Positions 1 through 8,370 of a DNA stretch of 64,000 bases are shown here, one piece after another. Source of the DNA: Eubacteriales bacterium (lineage in GTDB: Bacteria; Bacillota; Clostridia; Oscillospirales; CAG-272); contig JAZQWB010000015.1 in NCBI GenBank assembly GCA_045632145.1, positions 64,643 through 128,642 of the forward strand, in the 5' to 3' direction. The position numbers and the translations under genes are program-made. Below the pieces are notes generated by a model. It did no database searches. It was not told the origin of the DNA and worked only from the letters and a program-made list of their open reading frames with translations. Within the stretch, counting starts at the first letter, position 1; each line of letters starts with the position of its first letter.

Positions 1-602
1 TCGCAGAGGAAAACTTTGAGCGAGTTGACCTCTCGCCCATAGAGATGCTCAAAAGATTCAGCTTCTGGCGTGCCTTTATTCTGCTCATCTGCCTCACCGC
101 AGTAGGCAGCTCGGTAATCAGCTTTGCAAGAGATTTGGCTATCTCGGTAGGTGCAAACGGCTCGATTGCCACCACTCTCGTGGGTGTGCTTTCTGTATGC
201 AACGGCCTTGGCCGAATACTGACAGGCAGATGCTTTGACCTGCTTGGCAGAAGAAATACCATGCTGGCGGCTAATATCATCACCGTTTTTGCCGCAGGAG
301 TGACACTTCTCTCGGTTTATATGAATTCTTTGCCTCTGTGCATTATAGGTCTCTGTCTCACAGGACTTTCCTACGGCTCGTCTCCCACCGTATCCAGCGC
401 ATTTACATCTGCATTCTACGGCACAAAGCACTTCTCCACCAACTTCAGCATTATGAATTTCAACCTGATGCTCGCATCCTTTGTAGCAACAGCCTGCTCG
501 GCTCTGCTCACCGCAAGCGGTGGATATACGGCACCCTTTATTCTTCTGCTTGGTCTGTCGATAGTTGCATTAATAATGAATTTCAGCATAAAGAAGCCCT
601 AA
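1..602 (+). CDS. MFS transporter, C-terminal half (5' end outside the window), oxalate/formate-antiporter-like
   Basis: The frame is open from base 3 to the stop at 600-602. It has six hydrophobic helices and an MFS-type loop 'DLLGRRNTM'. Confidence 0.7.
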   Translation, partial: AEENFERVDLSPIEMLKRFSFWRAFILLICLTAVGSSVISFARDLAISVGANGSIATTLVGVLSVCNGLGRILTGRCFDLLGRRNTMLAANIITVFAAGVTLLSVYMNSLPLCIIGLCLTGLSYGSSPTVSSAFTSAFYGTKHFSTNFSIMNFNLMLASFVATACSALLTASGGYTAPFILLLGLSIVALIMNFSIKKP

Positions 603-608
603 AACACA

Positions 609-640
609 AAACCACCGTAAAAACGGTGGTTTTTTCTTAT
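609..640. terminator. Bidirectional intrinsic terminator between convergent genes
   Basis: Stem accaccg (611-617) / cggtggt (624-630), with an A-run before and a T-run after. Confidence 0.6.
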
Positions 641-1203
641 TTTTCCAAGAAGAGAGGTCGCAGCTGACGCCCCTCGGTCATAGCCGTCAGAGCATCGCAG
701 AGCAGAGAGAAATCCGCCACAAGAGAATGGGGCTTTCCTATCGGGTCATCCTGTCGCATAGGCAGAAAATAAACCGACTTTCGCGAGAGAAGAGTTCCGA
801 TATTAGAGAGATTCTGCGACATACCGTCATTGGTACAGAGGGCAAGAAGAAGCGGTCTGTCCTGCCTTAAATGTGCCTTGGCCGCCATTGTGACAGCGGT
901 GTCGGTGATGCCGTGAGCCATTTTTGCCAGGGTGTTGCCTGTGCAGGGGCAGATGATAAGAGCATCAAGGGGTGTCCTTGGGCCAAGAGGCTCGGCATCG
1001 GCAACCGTATGGATAATTTTTCTACCTGCCAAAGCCTCAACCCTGTCGCGAAACTCCGAGGCAAGCCAAAATCTTGTGTCTGTGGAATAGGCGCGCTCAC
1101 TCATTATTGGCTGCACCTGATAACCTGCATTGGTAAGCTCCTCGAGAGCTTTAAGAGAGCGAGAAAAGCTACAGAAGGAGCCACAGATAGCATATCCTAT
1201 CAT
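637..1203 (-). CDS. dpaB: Dipicolinate synthase subunit B (flavoprotein family)
   Basis: 188 aa with 'GYAICGSFCS...ICPCTGNTLAK', typical of SpoVFB/DpaB. It has a 4-nt ATGA overlap with the upstream dpaA. Confidence 0.85.
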   Translation of the reverse strand: MIGYAICGSFCSFSRSLKALEELTNAGYQVQPIMSERAYSTDTRFWLASEFRDRVEALAGRKIIHTVADAEPLGPRTPLDALIICPCTGNTLAKMAHGITDTAVTMAAKAHLRQDRPLLLALCTNDGMSQNLSNIGTLLSRKSVYFLPMRQDDPIGKPHSLVADFSLLCDALTAMTEGRQLRPLFLEK

Positions 1204-1946
1204 AGTCTGCCCTCCTTACCGAGAAATCGGAGCACCCCCTCGGCATAGAGCCGTCCTGCCGTCTCCGGATAAAAAGCATCGGGGATAGAAGAAAGCTTTA
1301 TCAATCGGTCACTTGGCTCGAAGATTTTACCCGAGGCAAGGTCGATAATCTCTAGCCCCTCGGGAATTTTTCTCTCCTCTATCTGCCTTTTCGGTGTGGT
1401 GTTTATCAGCAAATCAAGAGTATTTAGGCTAGTTATATCATCAATAAGCTCTGCCTTTACACCCATTTCGCAAAGCTCAAGCACTACGCTCTCCCTTGCG
1501 GTATATACAGTTACGTCAGCACCGAAAAGCAGGCAGAGTCTTGTCATCTCCCGACCTATCCTGCCGTATCCCACAATGCCTATCCTCATATCCTGAGCAT
1601 CCTTTACACTATGGGTAAGAATGTATCCCAGCGCACCGTTGGCGCTTATTTTAGCATTGGCAAGGAGAAACTCCTCGTCAAGCGAGGCATCATACACCGT
1701 GGCTCCAACATCTTTTGCCCTATCGGTTATTGCAGGAGGCAGAGAGTAGCCCACAACAATATTCCCCTCATCGATAAGGTCCATCACGTAAGACACGGTG
1801 ACCTCTGTATTATTTATGAATATATTATCTCGGCTGGTGGGGATAGGTAAAAGGATAAGCCGACCCCTATCCTCCGAAAGAACACCCCGAAGCAATCCAA
1901 GGCACTCACGCATTCTTCCCCCACCGCCAAAGGTCTTTATCTCCAT
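1200..1946 (-). CDS. dpaA: Dipicolinate synthase subunit A
   Basis: Dehydrogenase-like Rossmann motif 'IGIVGYGRIGREM'. It sits directly upstream of dpaB in an overlapping arrangement. Confidence 0.8.
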   Translation of the reverse strand: MEIKTFGGGGRMRECLGLLRGVLSEDRGRLILLPIPTSRDNIFINNTEVTVSYVMDLIDEGNIVVGYSLPPAITDRAKDVGATVYDASLDEEFLLANAKISANGALGYILTHSVKDAQDMRIGIVGYGRIGREMTRLCLLFGADVTVYTARESVVLELCEMGVKAELIDDITSLNTLDLLINTTPKRQIEERKIPEGLEIIDLASGKIFEPSDRLIKLSSIPDAFYPETAGRLYAEGVLRFLGKEGRL

Positions 1947-2024
1947 GGTTTCATCCTTTAAAATACAAGTCGTGCATTAGTGCACACTCTTATTATATTC
2001 ATAAAAAGAAAATATGACACAAGC

Positions 2025-2052
2025 AAAAAAGACCGCTGAAGCGGTCTTTTTG
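2025..2052 (-). terminator. Intrinsic terminator after pheT
   Basis: Stem gaccgc (2031-2036) / gcggtc (2041-2046), tetraloop tgaa, flanked by A6 and T5. Confidence 0.6.
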
Positions 2053-2065
2053 TAAACATAAGTTA

Positions 2066-4432
2066 TTATTTTACCTTAATTCCAAGCTCTGCGAAGGCGT
2101 TGGTGATAGCCTCGATAGAGGGAGCAAGCTCCTGCTTGGTAAGAGTTCTCTCGGTAGAGAGGAAGGCAAATCTGAGGGTTACGGCATAGCCGTCATCACC
2201 CTGGTAGATGTCCTGAAGCCACATATCAGAGAGAAGCTGACCTGCAGCATTCTTTGCAGCAGAGAGAAGCTGACCGAATACCATAGCAGCAGGGTCGCTC
2301 GCGAAGGTAACGTCAATCTCGATTGCAGGGAACTTAGAGGGCTCTGCATACTTAAGAGCAGCAACGGGAGTCTTTGCAAAGCTCTCGGTCTTGATCTCAA
2401 AGAAGGAGACAGCACACTTCTTGTCGATATTCTCAAGCACGGTGGGATGAGGAACGGCAAGGAAGCCAACCTTTACACCGTCAAGAAGGATATCAAAGGT
2501 GTTTACGGGGTGGCAGAACTCATACTCAGGCTCTGCAGAAACGAACTCGCAATTCTTGTGAAGAATGTCTGCACAAAGCTCGCGTACAGCATCAGCAGCG
2601 CGGCCGAAGAGTGCCTCCTCGCTCTGAGTCTTGGAGTAAAGAACAACACCAAGCTTGTTCTGCTCATCGCACTCGCCATTCTCGCGGAGACCCTCAACGG
2701 TGTGACCGATCTCGAAAATGCCGTAATCATCGGCATAAGCCTTGTTCTCCTTTGCAAACGCAAGGAGAGTGGGGATCATGGTGCGACGGAGAATTGCGTG
2801 GTCGGGAGTCTGTGCATTGATAACACGCACGTTGTCGGGAGTGGTGATGCCAAGCTCCTCGTTCTTCTTAATATCAGACCAGATGTAAGAGTGTACCTCG
2901 TGCATACGGTAGCTCTTTACAAGCAGATCCTTCATTCTGTCCTCCTCGGACTTAAGAATCTCCTTACGCTTGGGGAGAATGGGGCTCTCTGCAGTAAAGA
3001 TGTCAAAGTTATCGTAGCCGTAAATTCTGGTAATCTCCTCGATAACGTCAGCCTTGATGGTAACGTCCTTGGTAGCTCTCCAGGAAGGAACAACGGCGGT
3101 AAAGCTGTCACCCTTTACGGTAAGGCCAAAACCGAGGGATGTAAGAGTCTTTACGATAGTGTCGGTAGAAATGTCAATACCGGTGTATCTGTCCACATAT
3201 CTCTTGTCAAACTCGAGAGTGATGGTGGGATAGTGCTTTACGTAAGAGTCGGTGAAGGAAGAAATCACGCGAGACTGGGGGTCAAGGTCGGAGAGAAGCT
3301 TAAGCACACGCTCGGTAGCCACACGGCAGAGCTCGGGATCAAGCATCTTCTCATATCTCTGAGACGCGTCGGTACGAAGACCGAGTCTTGTGGTGGTCTT
3401 TCTTACGGAAACACCGTCGAAGGTAGCAGACTCAAGAAGGAGAGATGTGGTATCATCATCAATCTTGGATGCATCGCCACCCATTACACCTGCGATAGCA
3501 ACAGGCTGGTTGCCGGATGTAATCATAAGCATATTCTCGTCGATGCTTCTCTCAACACCGTCGAGGGTCTGGAACTTGAAGGGCTCGGGGAAGGTCTGTA
3601 CCTCGATCTTATCAACCTTGGCATTATCAAACGCGTGCATAGGCTGACCAAGCTCCATCATAACGTAGTTGGTAAGGTCGGCAAGGAAGTTGATAGCACG
3701 GCTGCCACAGTAGTAGAGACGGATACGCATATCAACAGGGCTGAGCTTACGTGTAACGTTTTCAACCTTGATAGCAGAGTAACGGTAGCAAAGGTCGGTA
3801 GCCTTTACGTCTACAAGCACAGGAGGAAGGTTGTCAAACTGAGATGCATCAAGAAGGTCGGGGCACTTAAGCTCACGGCCGGTGATGGTAGCAAACTCTC
3901 TTGCAATACCGTAGTGGCTCCAGAGGTCAGGACGGTTGGTAAGAGACTTGTTATCTACCTCAAAGATGATGTCATCAATGCCGTAAACAGTCTTGATGTC
4001 GGTGCCGAGAGGAATATCGTCGGTAATCTCCCAAAGGCCTGAGTTGTCATCGGAAATACCAAGCTCACTTTCGGAGCAGCACATACCGTAGGAGGTATAG
4101 CCTGCAAGCTTACGGGGAGCGATGGTAATGTCGCCGATGTGACCGCCGAGGGTAGCAAGAGCAACTTTCATGCCCTCTCTGACGTTGGGTGCACCGCAAA
4201 CGATGTCCACAACCTCATCACCCTTGTCAACCTTAAGAAGATGAAGCTTCTTGGACTCGGGGTGATTCTCAACAGAGAGAATCTTCGCCACAACGATGCC
4301 GCTGATGTCAGCACCCTTTTCAATAATATCCTCTACCTCTGCGGTAGAAAGAGTGAAATTCTTAATAAGACTTTTCTTGTCAAGGCCGGAAAGGTCAACG
4401 AAGTCGCCTATCCAATTCATAGATAAAAACAT
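2066..4432 (-). CDS. pheT: Phenylalanine--tRNA ligase beta subunit
   Basis: 788 aa. The N-terminus 'MNWIGDFVDL' plus tRNA-binding, B3/4, B5 and FDX-ACB-like regions are recognisable. RBS AAGGAGAGG lies 6 nt upstream. Confidence 0.95.
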   Translation of the reverse strand: MFLSMNWIGDFVDLSGLDKKSLIKNFTLSTAEVEDIIEKGADISGIVVAKILSVENHPESKKLHLLKVDKGDEVVDIVCGAPNVREGMKVALATLGGHIGDITIAPRKLAGYTSYGMCCSESELGISDDNSGLWEITDDIPLGTDIKTVYGIDDIIFEVDNKSLTNRPDLWSHYGIAREFATITGRELKCPDLLDASQFDNLPPVLVDVKATDLCYRYSAIKVENVTRKLSPVDMRIRLYYCGSRAINFLADLTNYVMMELGQPMHAFDNAKVDKIEVQTFPEPFKFQTLDGVERSIDENMLMITSGNQPVAIAGVMGGDASKIDDDTTSLLLESATFDGVSVRKTTTRLGLRTDASQRYEKMLDPELCRVATERVLKLLSDLDPQSRVISSFTDSYVKHYPTITLEFDKRYVDRYTGIDISTDTIVKTLTSLGFGLTVKGDSFTAVVPSWRATKDVTIKADVIEEITRIYGYDNFDIFTAESPILPKRKEILKSEEDRMKDLLVKSYRMHEVHSYIWSDIKKNEELGITTPDNVRVINAQTPDHAILRRTMIPTLLAFAKENKAYADDYGIFEIGHTVEGLRENGECDEQNKLGVVLYSKTQSEEALFGRAADAVRELCADILHKNCEFVSAEPEYEFCHPVNTFDILLDGVKVGFLAVPHPTVLENIDKKCAVSFFEIKTESFAKTPVAALKYAEPSKFPAIEIDVTFASDPAAMVFGQLLSAAKNAAGQLLSDMWLQDIYQGDDGYAVTLRFAFLSTERTLTKQELAPSIEAITNAFAELGIKVK

Positions 4433-4450
4433 ACTGTACCTCTCCTTTCA

Positions 4451-5473
4451 TTAGTTAGACTTAAACTGTGAAAGCGCCTTAAGATTACCCGAGTTGAAGT
4501 CACGGATATCCTTTACGCCATACTTCATCATTGCAAGTCTGGTAAGACCGAGACCGAATGCAAAGCCGGAATACTTCTCGGTATCAATGCCGCCCTCACG
4601 AAGTACGTTGGGGTGAATCATACCGCAGGGACAAAGCTCAAGCCAACCGGAGTTCTTGCAGGAGGGACAACCGTCGCCGCCACAGATCTCGCAGCTGATG
4701 TCAAGCTCAAAGCCGGGCTCCACGAAGGGGAAGAAGCCGGGACGGAGTCTAACCTTAACGTCGCGGTGGAATACCTCGGAGAGCATAGTCTTCATGAAGT
4801 AAATGAGGTTAGAGATAGAGATATTCTCGTCAATCATCATACCCTCAAGCTGGAAGAAGGTGTTCTCGTGGCAGGCGTCGGTGGACTCGTTACGGAAGCA
4901 ACGGCCGGGGAAAATGGCACGAAGGGGCGCGCCATACTTCTTCATAATATAGTTCTGAGCCGCGGAGGTATGGGTCTTAAGAAGCTGACCGTTGTCAAGA
5001 TAGTAGGTATCCTGCATATCTCTTGCGGGGTGGTGCTTGGGTATATTAAGAGCCTCAAAGCACTTGTAGTCGTCAACGATCTCGTCGTAGTTCTCGATGG
5101 TAAAGCCCATGGAGATAAACACGTCCTCAACCTCACGGGTTGCGAGAGTGATGGGGTGGTAGCTACCAAGCTCTCTGGGTGCTACGAGAGTGGGATTGTA
5201 CTTCTTTGCAGAGCGTACCTTTGCAGCGATTGCAGCGGCACGAAGCTCCTCGGTAGCACGCTCGATCTCGCCCTCAACGTAAACCTTAAGTCCGTTGATA
5301 AGCTGACCTGCGGCCTTCTTGTCCTCAGCAAAGCGAAGCTCGGCCATAAGACCTGCGATATATCCCTTTTTACCGAGATATTCTACGCGCAGAGCCTCAA
5401 GTGCCTCAGCAGAGGTGGCCTCAGCAAGTGCCTGGGCAAAGCTATTCTTAAGCTCTTCAATTCTAACTTGCAT
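4451..5473 (-). CDS. pheS: Phenylalanine--tRNA ligase alpha subunit
   Basis: 340 aa with class II aaRS motifs ('HPARDMQDTYY', 'FRNE', 'GFAFGLGLTRLAM'). It lies immediately upstream of pheT. Confidence 0.95.
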   Translation of the reverse strand: MQVRIEELKNSFAQALAEATSAEALEALRVEYLGKKGYIAGLMAELRFAEDKKAAGQLINGLKVYVEGEIERATEELRAAAIAAKVRSAKKYNPTLVAPRELGSYHPITLATREVEDVFISMGFTIENYDEIVDDYKCFEALNIPKHHPARDMQDTYYLDNGQLLKTHTSAAQNYIMKKYGAPLRAIFPGRCFRNESTDACHENTFFQLEGMMIDENISISNLIYFMKTMLSEVFHRDVKVRLRPGFFPFVEPGFELDISCEICGGDGCPSCKNSGWLELCPCGMIHPNVLREGGIDTEKYSGFAFGLGLTRLAMMKYGVKDIRDFNSGNLKALSQFKSN

Positions 5474-5512
5474 TTTTCTATGTCCTTTTTAGTAAAATTT
5501 TCTAACTTTATA

Positions 5513-5541
5513 ATTATATATCAAAATATTTAGTTTGTCAA
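5513..5541 (-). promoter_or_regulatory. Consensus sigma-A promoter for pheST
   Basis: On the minus strand: TTGACA (5541-5536), 17 nt spacer, TATAAT (5518-5513). This leaves only a ~30-40 nt leader. Confidence 0.55.
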
Positions 5542-5572
5542 GAAAATTCTAATTTCAAATTAGGAATTTATC

Positions 5573-6463
5573 CTACTCAAACTGTCTTATAGGCTTGATG
5601 GCGAGGCCGTTTTCGTATTCTCTCACCTCTCCGAGGGCAAAGAAGCCGTCCTTGTCCGAAAGACGCACGAGGGTGCCGAGGGGCAGATCAAGATTGATTT
5701 TCTTGAGATAAATCTCAAGACCCGAATGGGCAAGCCTCGAGAAAAAGGCAGGAAGCTTTACCTCGTCATACTTCATAAAGATGTGCTCCACGGGGAATAC
5801 GCAGGCCTCCCTCTCCTCCTCGGTCATATTCTCAAGCTCGGTGAGGGTGTGAGCATCCGCAAGGCTGAAGCCCGATGCGGAGGCACGCTGAAGCGTTTTC
5901 ATACAGCCGCCACAGCCGAGACGAGCACCGATGTCTGCACACAGGGTGCGGATATAGGTTCCCTTTGAGCAAACGACGTCAAGGGTGTATTCTCTGTCGT
6001 ATATTTTTTTGAGAGAAAGACTGTGGATAGTCACCTCTCTAGCCTCACGCTCTACGGTAACACCCTGTCTTGCAAGGTCGCAGAGCTTTTTGCCACCAAT
6101 CTTAAGGGCGGAATACATAGGAGGAGTCTGCAGATAACTGCCGACAAAGGAGTTAACGGCCTCAGTAACAGCCGTCTCATCGGGAATATCATCACTCTCG
6201 GTGAGTGTCTCGCCCGTCACGTCCTCGGTGTCGGTGGTGATGCCCAAAAGCAGAGTAGCAACATAATGCTTGTCGGAGGTAAGCATAAACTCGCTGGCCT
6301 TTACACCCCTGCCAACAAGCACAGGCAAAACACCCGTTGCCATAGGGTCAAGAGTGCCTGTATGTCCTGCCTTGGCAATGCCAAGCAGTCTTTTCACGCG
6401 GTTGACCACCCCCTGAGAGGTGGGGCCGATTTCTTTGTTTATAATAATTACGCCGTTTTTCAT
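5573..6463 (-). CDS. truB: tRNA pseudouridine(55) synthase
   Basis: 'NGVIIINKEIGPTSQGVV...GHTGTLDPMATGVLPV' (catalytic Asp motif). I prefer the ATG at 6463 over the TTG at 6481 used in the ORF track. Confidence 0.9.
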   Translation of the reverse strand: MKNGVIIINKEIGPTSQGVVNRVKRLLGIAKAGHTGTLDPMATGVLPVLVGRGVKASEFMLTSDKHYVATLLLGITTDTEDVTGETLTESDDIPDETAVTEAVNSFVGSYLQTPPMYSALKIGGKKLCDLARQGVTVEREAREVTIHSLSLKKIYDREYTLDVVCSKGTYIRTLCADIGARLGCGGCMKTLQRASASGFSLADAHTLTELENMTEEEREACVFPVEHIFMKYDEVKLPAFFSRLAHSGLEIYLKKINLDLPLGTLVRLSDKDGFFALGEVREYENGLAIKPIRQFE

Positions 6464-6531
6464 AGCCTGGCTCTTTCTCAAAGTGTTTTAAGGATATTTT
6501 ATCATAATTTGCTTAAAAATTCAATAATCTA

Positions 6532-6560
6532 TTGTAAATAAACAAAATTTATGATAAAAT
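6532..6560 (+). promoter_or_regulatory. Candidate sigma-A promoter (extended -10) for the ACT/UPF0210 pair
   Basis: TTGTAA (6532-6537), 17 nt spacer ending in TG-a, TAAAAT (6555-6560). GGAGG at 6578-6582. Confidence 0.45.
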
Positions 6561-6588
6561 AACACATATTTTACATTGGAGGTCTATT

Positions 6589-6858
6589 ATGAGAGCAGTT
6601 ATAACCGTTACAGGTAAGGACAAGGTAGGTATTATTGCGATGACAAGCAACGAGTGTGCAAAATACGGTGCAAACATCATCGACATCAGCCAGACCGTAA
6701 TGAAGGAATACTTTGCTATGATCATGCTCACCGAGCTTGACGGACTTAATGTAGATTTTGTCGAGTTTGCAGACAAGCTGAAGACCGCAGGCAGAGAAAA
6801 CGGTGTTGAAATCAGCGTTATGCACGAGGATATTTTCAACACGATGCATAGAATTTGA
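6589..6858 (+). CDS. ACT domain protein (UPF0237 family)
   Basis: 89 aa. 'MRAVITVTGKDKVGIIA' is typical of the small ACT proteins that pair with UPF0210. Confidence 0.8.
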   Translation: MRAVITVTGKDKVGIIAMTSNECAKYGANIIDISQTVMKEYFAMIMLTELDGLNVDFVEFADKLKTAGRENGVEISVMHEDIFNTMHRI

Positions 6859-6903
6859 TGCTAAAATCACCCTCGGCCATATTTCACAAAAGGACAAACA
6901 GCT

Positions 6904-8262
6904 ATGCTTAATACTAACGATATTTTACAGACAATAAGAATGATCCGCGATGAAAATCTGGACATCAGAACGGTCACTATGGGCATCTCGCTTTTCGACT
7001 GCATTTCCGATGATCCTGCGCGACTCGAGCAGAAGATATATGACAAAATCACCTCCTGTGCAAAGGACCTTGTAAAAGTATGCGAGGACCTTGAGCGAAC
7101 CTACGGTATTCCCATCGTAAACAAGCGTATTTCGGTAACTCCCGTGTCCTACGTTGGTGCAGGGCTTTCCTCCGATGGCTTTGTTCGATTGGCAAAGGTT
7201 CTTGACGCGGCGGCAAAGGAGCTTGGTGTAAACTTTATCGGTGGATATTCTGCCCACGTGCAGAAGGGCTCTATCATAGGTGCAGACAGACTTATCTACT
7301 CCATTCCCACCGCCCTCGCCGAGACCGAGCGAGTTTGCTCCTCGGTTAACGTTGCCACCACAAAGGCAGGCATCAATATGGATGCTGTCGGCAAAATGGG
7401 TGAGATTATAAAGGAGGCGGCAAGACTCACATCAGACAGAGATTCTATCGGCTGTGCCAAGCTTGTTGTTTTTGCAAACATACCCGAGGATAACCCCTTT
7501 ATGGCAGGTGCAGTACACGGATTTGGTGAGCCCGACAGAGTTATCAACGTAGGTGTCAGCGGTCCCGGTGTAGTTGCCGCCGCTATTAAAGAGGTGGGTC
7601 ATTGCGATTTCTCCACCCTTGCGGACACAGTAAAAAAGGTGGCGTTTAAAATCACTCGCGTAGGTCAGCTTATCGCGGCAGAGGCGGCAAGCAGACTCGG
7701 TGTTCCCTACGGAATCGTAGACCTTTCGCTTGCTCCCACACCTGCGGCAGGTGACTCGGTGGCAGAGATTCTCGAAAATATGGGACTTGAGCGCTGCGGC
7801 ACTCACGGTACAACAGCAGCCCTCGCCCTTCTTAACGATGCGGTGAAAAAGGGCGGTGTTATGGCATCCAGCCACGTGGGTGGACTCTCGGGCGCATTCA
7901 TTCCCGTTTCCGAGGACAGAGGTATGATTGCCGCGGCGGAGTGCGGAACTCTTACGTTAGACAAGCTTGAGGCTATGACCGCCGTTTGCTCGGTAGGTCT
8001 TGATATGATTGCCGTTCCCGGTGATACCTCGGCCGCGACCATCTCGGGCATCATCGCCGATGAGATTTCCATCGGTGTTGTAAATAACAAAACCACCGCG
8101 GTGAGAATTATCCCCGTGTGCGGCAAGGGTGTTGGCGAGCAGGTTGAGTTCGGCGGACTCCTTGGATATGCTCCGATTATACCTGTCAAGGGCGAGAGCT
8201 GTGCCGACTTTATCAAGCGCGGAGGCAGAATCCCCGCACCCATTCACTCGCTTAAAAACTAA
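6904..8262 (+). CDS. UPF0210/DUF711 (PFL-like) family protein
   Basis: 452 aa. The N-terminus '[24 protein letters not shown]' is characteristic of UPF0210. Confidence 0.85.
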   Translation: MLNTNDILQTIRMIRDENLDIRTVTMGISLFDCISDDPARLEQKIYDKITSCAKDLVKVCEDLERTYGIPIVNKRISVTPVSYVGAGLSSDGFVRLAKVLDAAAKELGVNFIGGYSAHVQKGSIIGADRLIYSIPTALAETERVCSSVNVATTKAGINMDAVGKMGEIIKEAARLTSDRDSIGCAKLVVFANIPEDNPFMAGAVHGFGEPDRVINVGVSGPGVVAAAIKEVGHCDFSTLADTVKKVAFKITRVGQLIAAEAASRLGVPYGIVDLSLAPTPAAGDSVAEILENMGLERCGTHGTTAALALLNDAVKKGGVMASSHVGGLSGAFIPVSEDRGMIAAAECGTLTLDKLEAMTAVCSVGLDMIAVPGDTSAATISGIIADEISIGVVNNKTTAVRIIPVCGKGVGEQVEFGGLLGYAPIIPVKGESCADFIKRGGRIPAPIHSLKN

Positions 8263-8322
8263 AAGCTCCATCTCGGTAAAACAAGATGAAGCCTAGCCTT
8301 TAAGGTTAATATTTCTATACGT

Positions 8323-8360
8323 AAAAAGAGCGCTCATCAAGTGATAGGCGCTCTTTTCTT
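8323..8360. terminator. Bidirectional terminator between convergent genes
   Basis: Stem agagcgc (8327-8333) / gcgctct (8348-8354), flanked by an A-run and a T-run. Confidence 0.55.
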
Positions 8361-8370
8361 TATTCTGTTT

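Noticed and set aside
338-667. A 109-aa ORF overlapping the MFS gene 3' end and running through the terminator
   Set aside because: It is an out-of-frame overlap with a well-supported transporter ORF, it crosses an intrinsic terminator, and it has no RBS.
1947-2024. Sporulation (sigma-K/sigma-E type) promoter and a gtgca-ctaa-tgcac palindrome upstream of dpaA
   Set aside because: A mother-cell promoter is expected biologically. I could find only a partial 'CATATTTTCT' -10-like element and a 5-bp palindrome (about 1973-1987), which is too weak to call.
5474-5572. Expected T-box leader or attenuator upstream of pheS
   Set aside because: Only ~100 bp separate pheS from truB. A perfect TTGACA-17-TATAAT promoter sits ~40 nt from the start codon. 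There is no room for a ~200-nt T-box, and no specifier or T-box sequence is visible.
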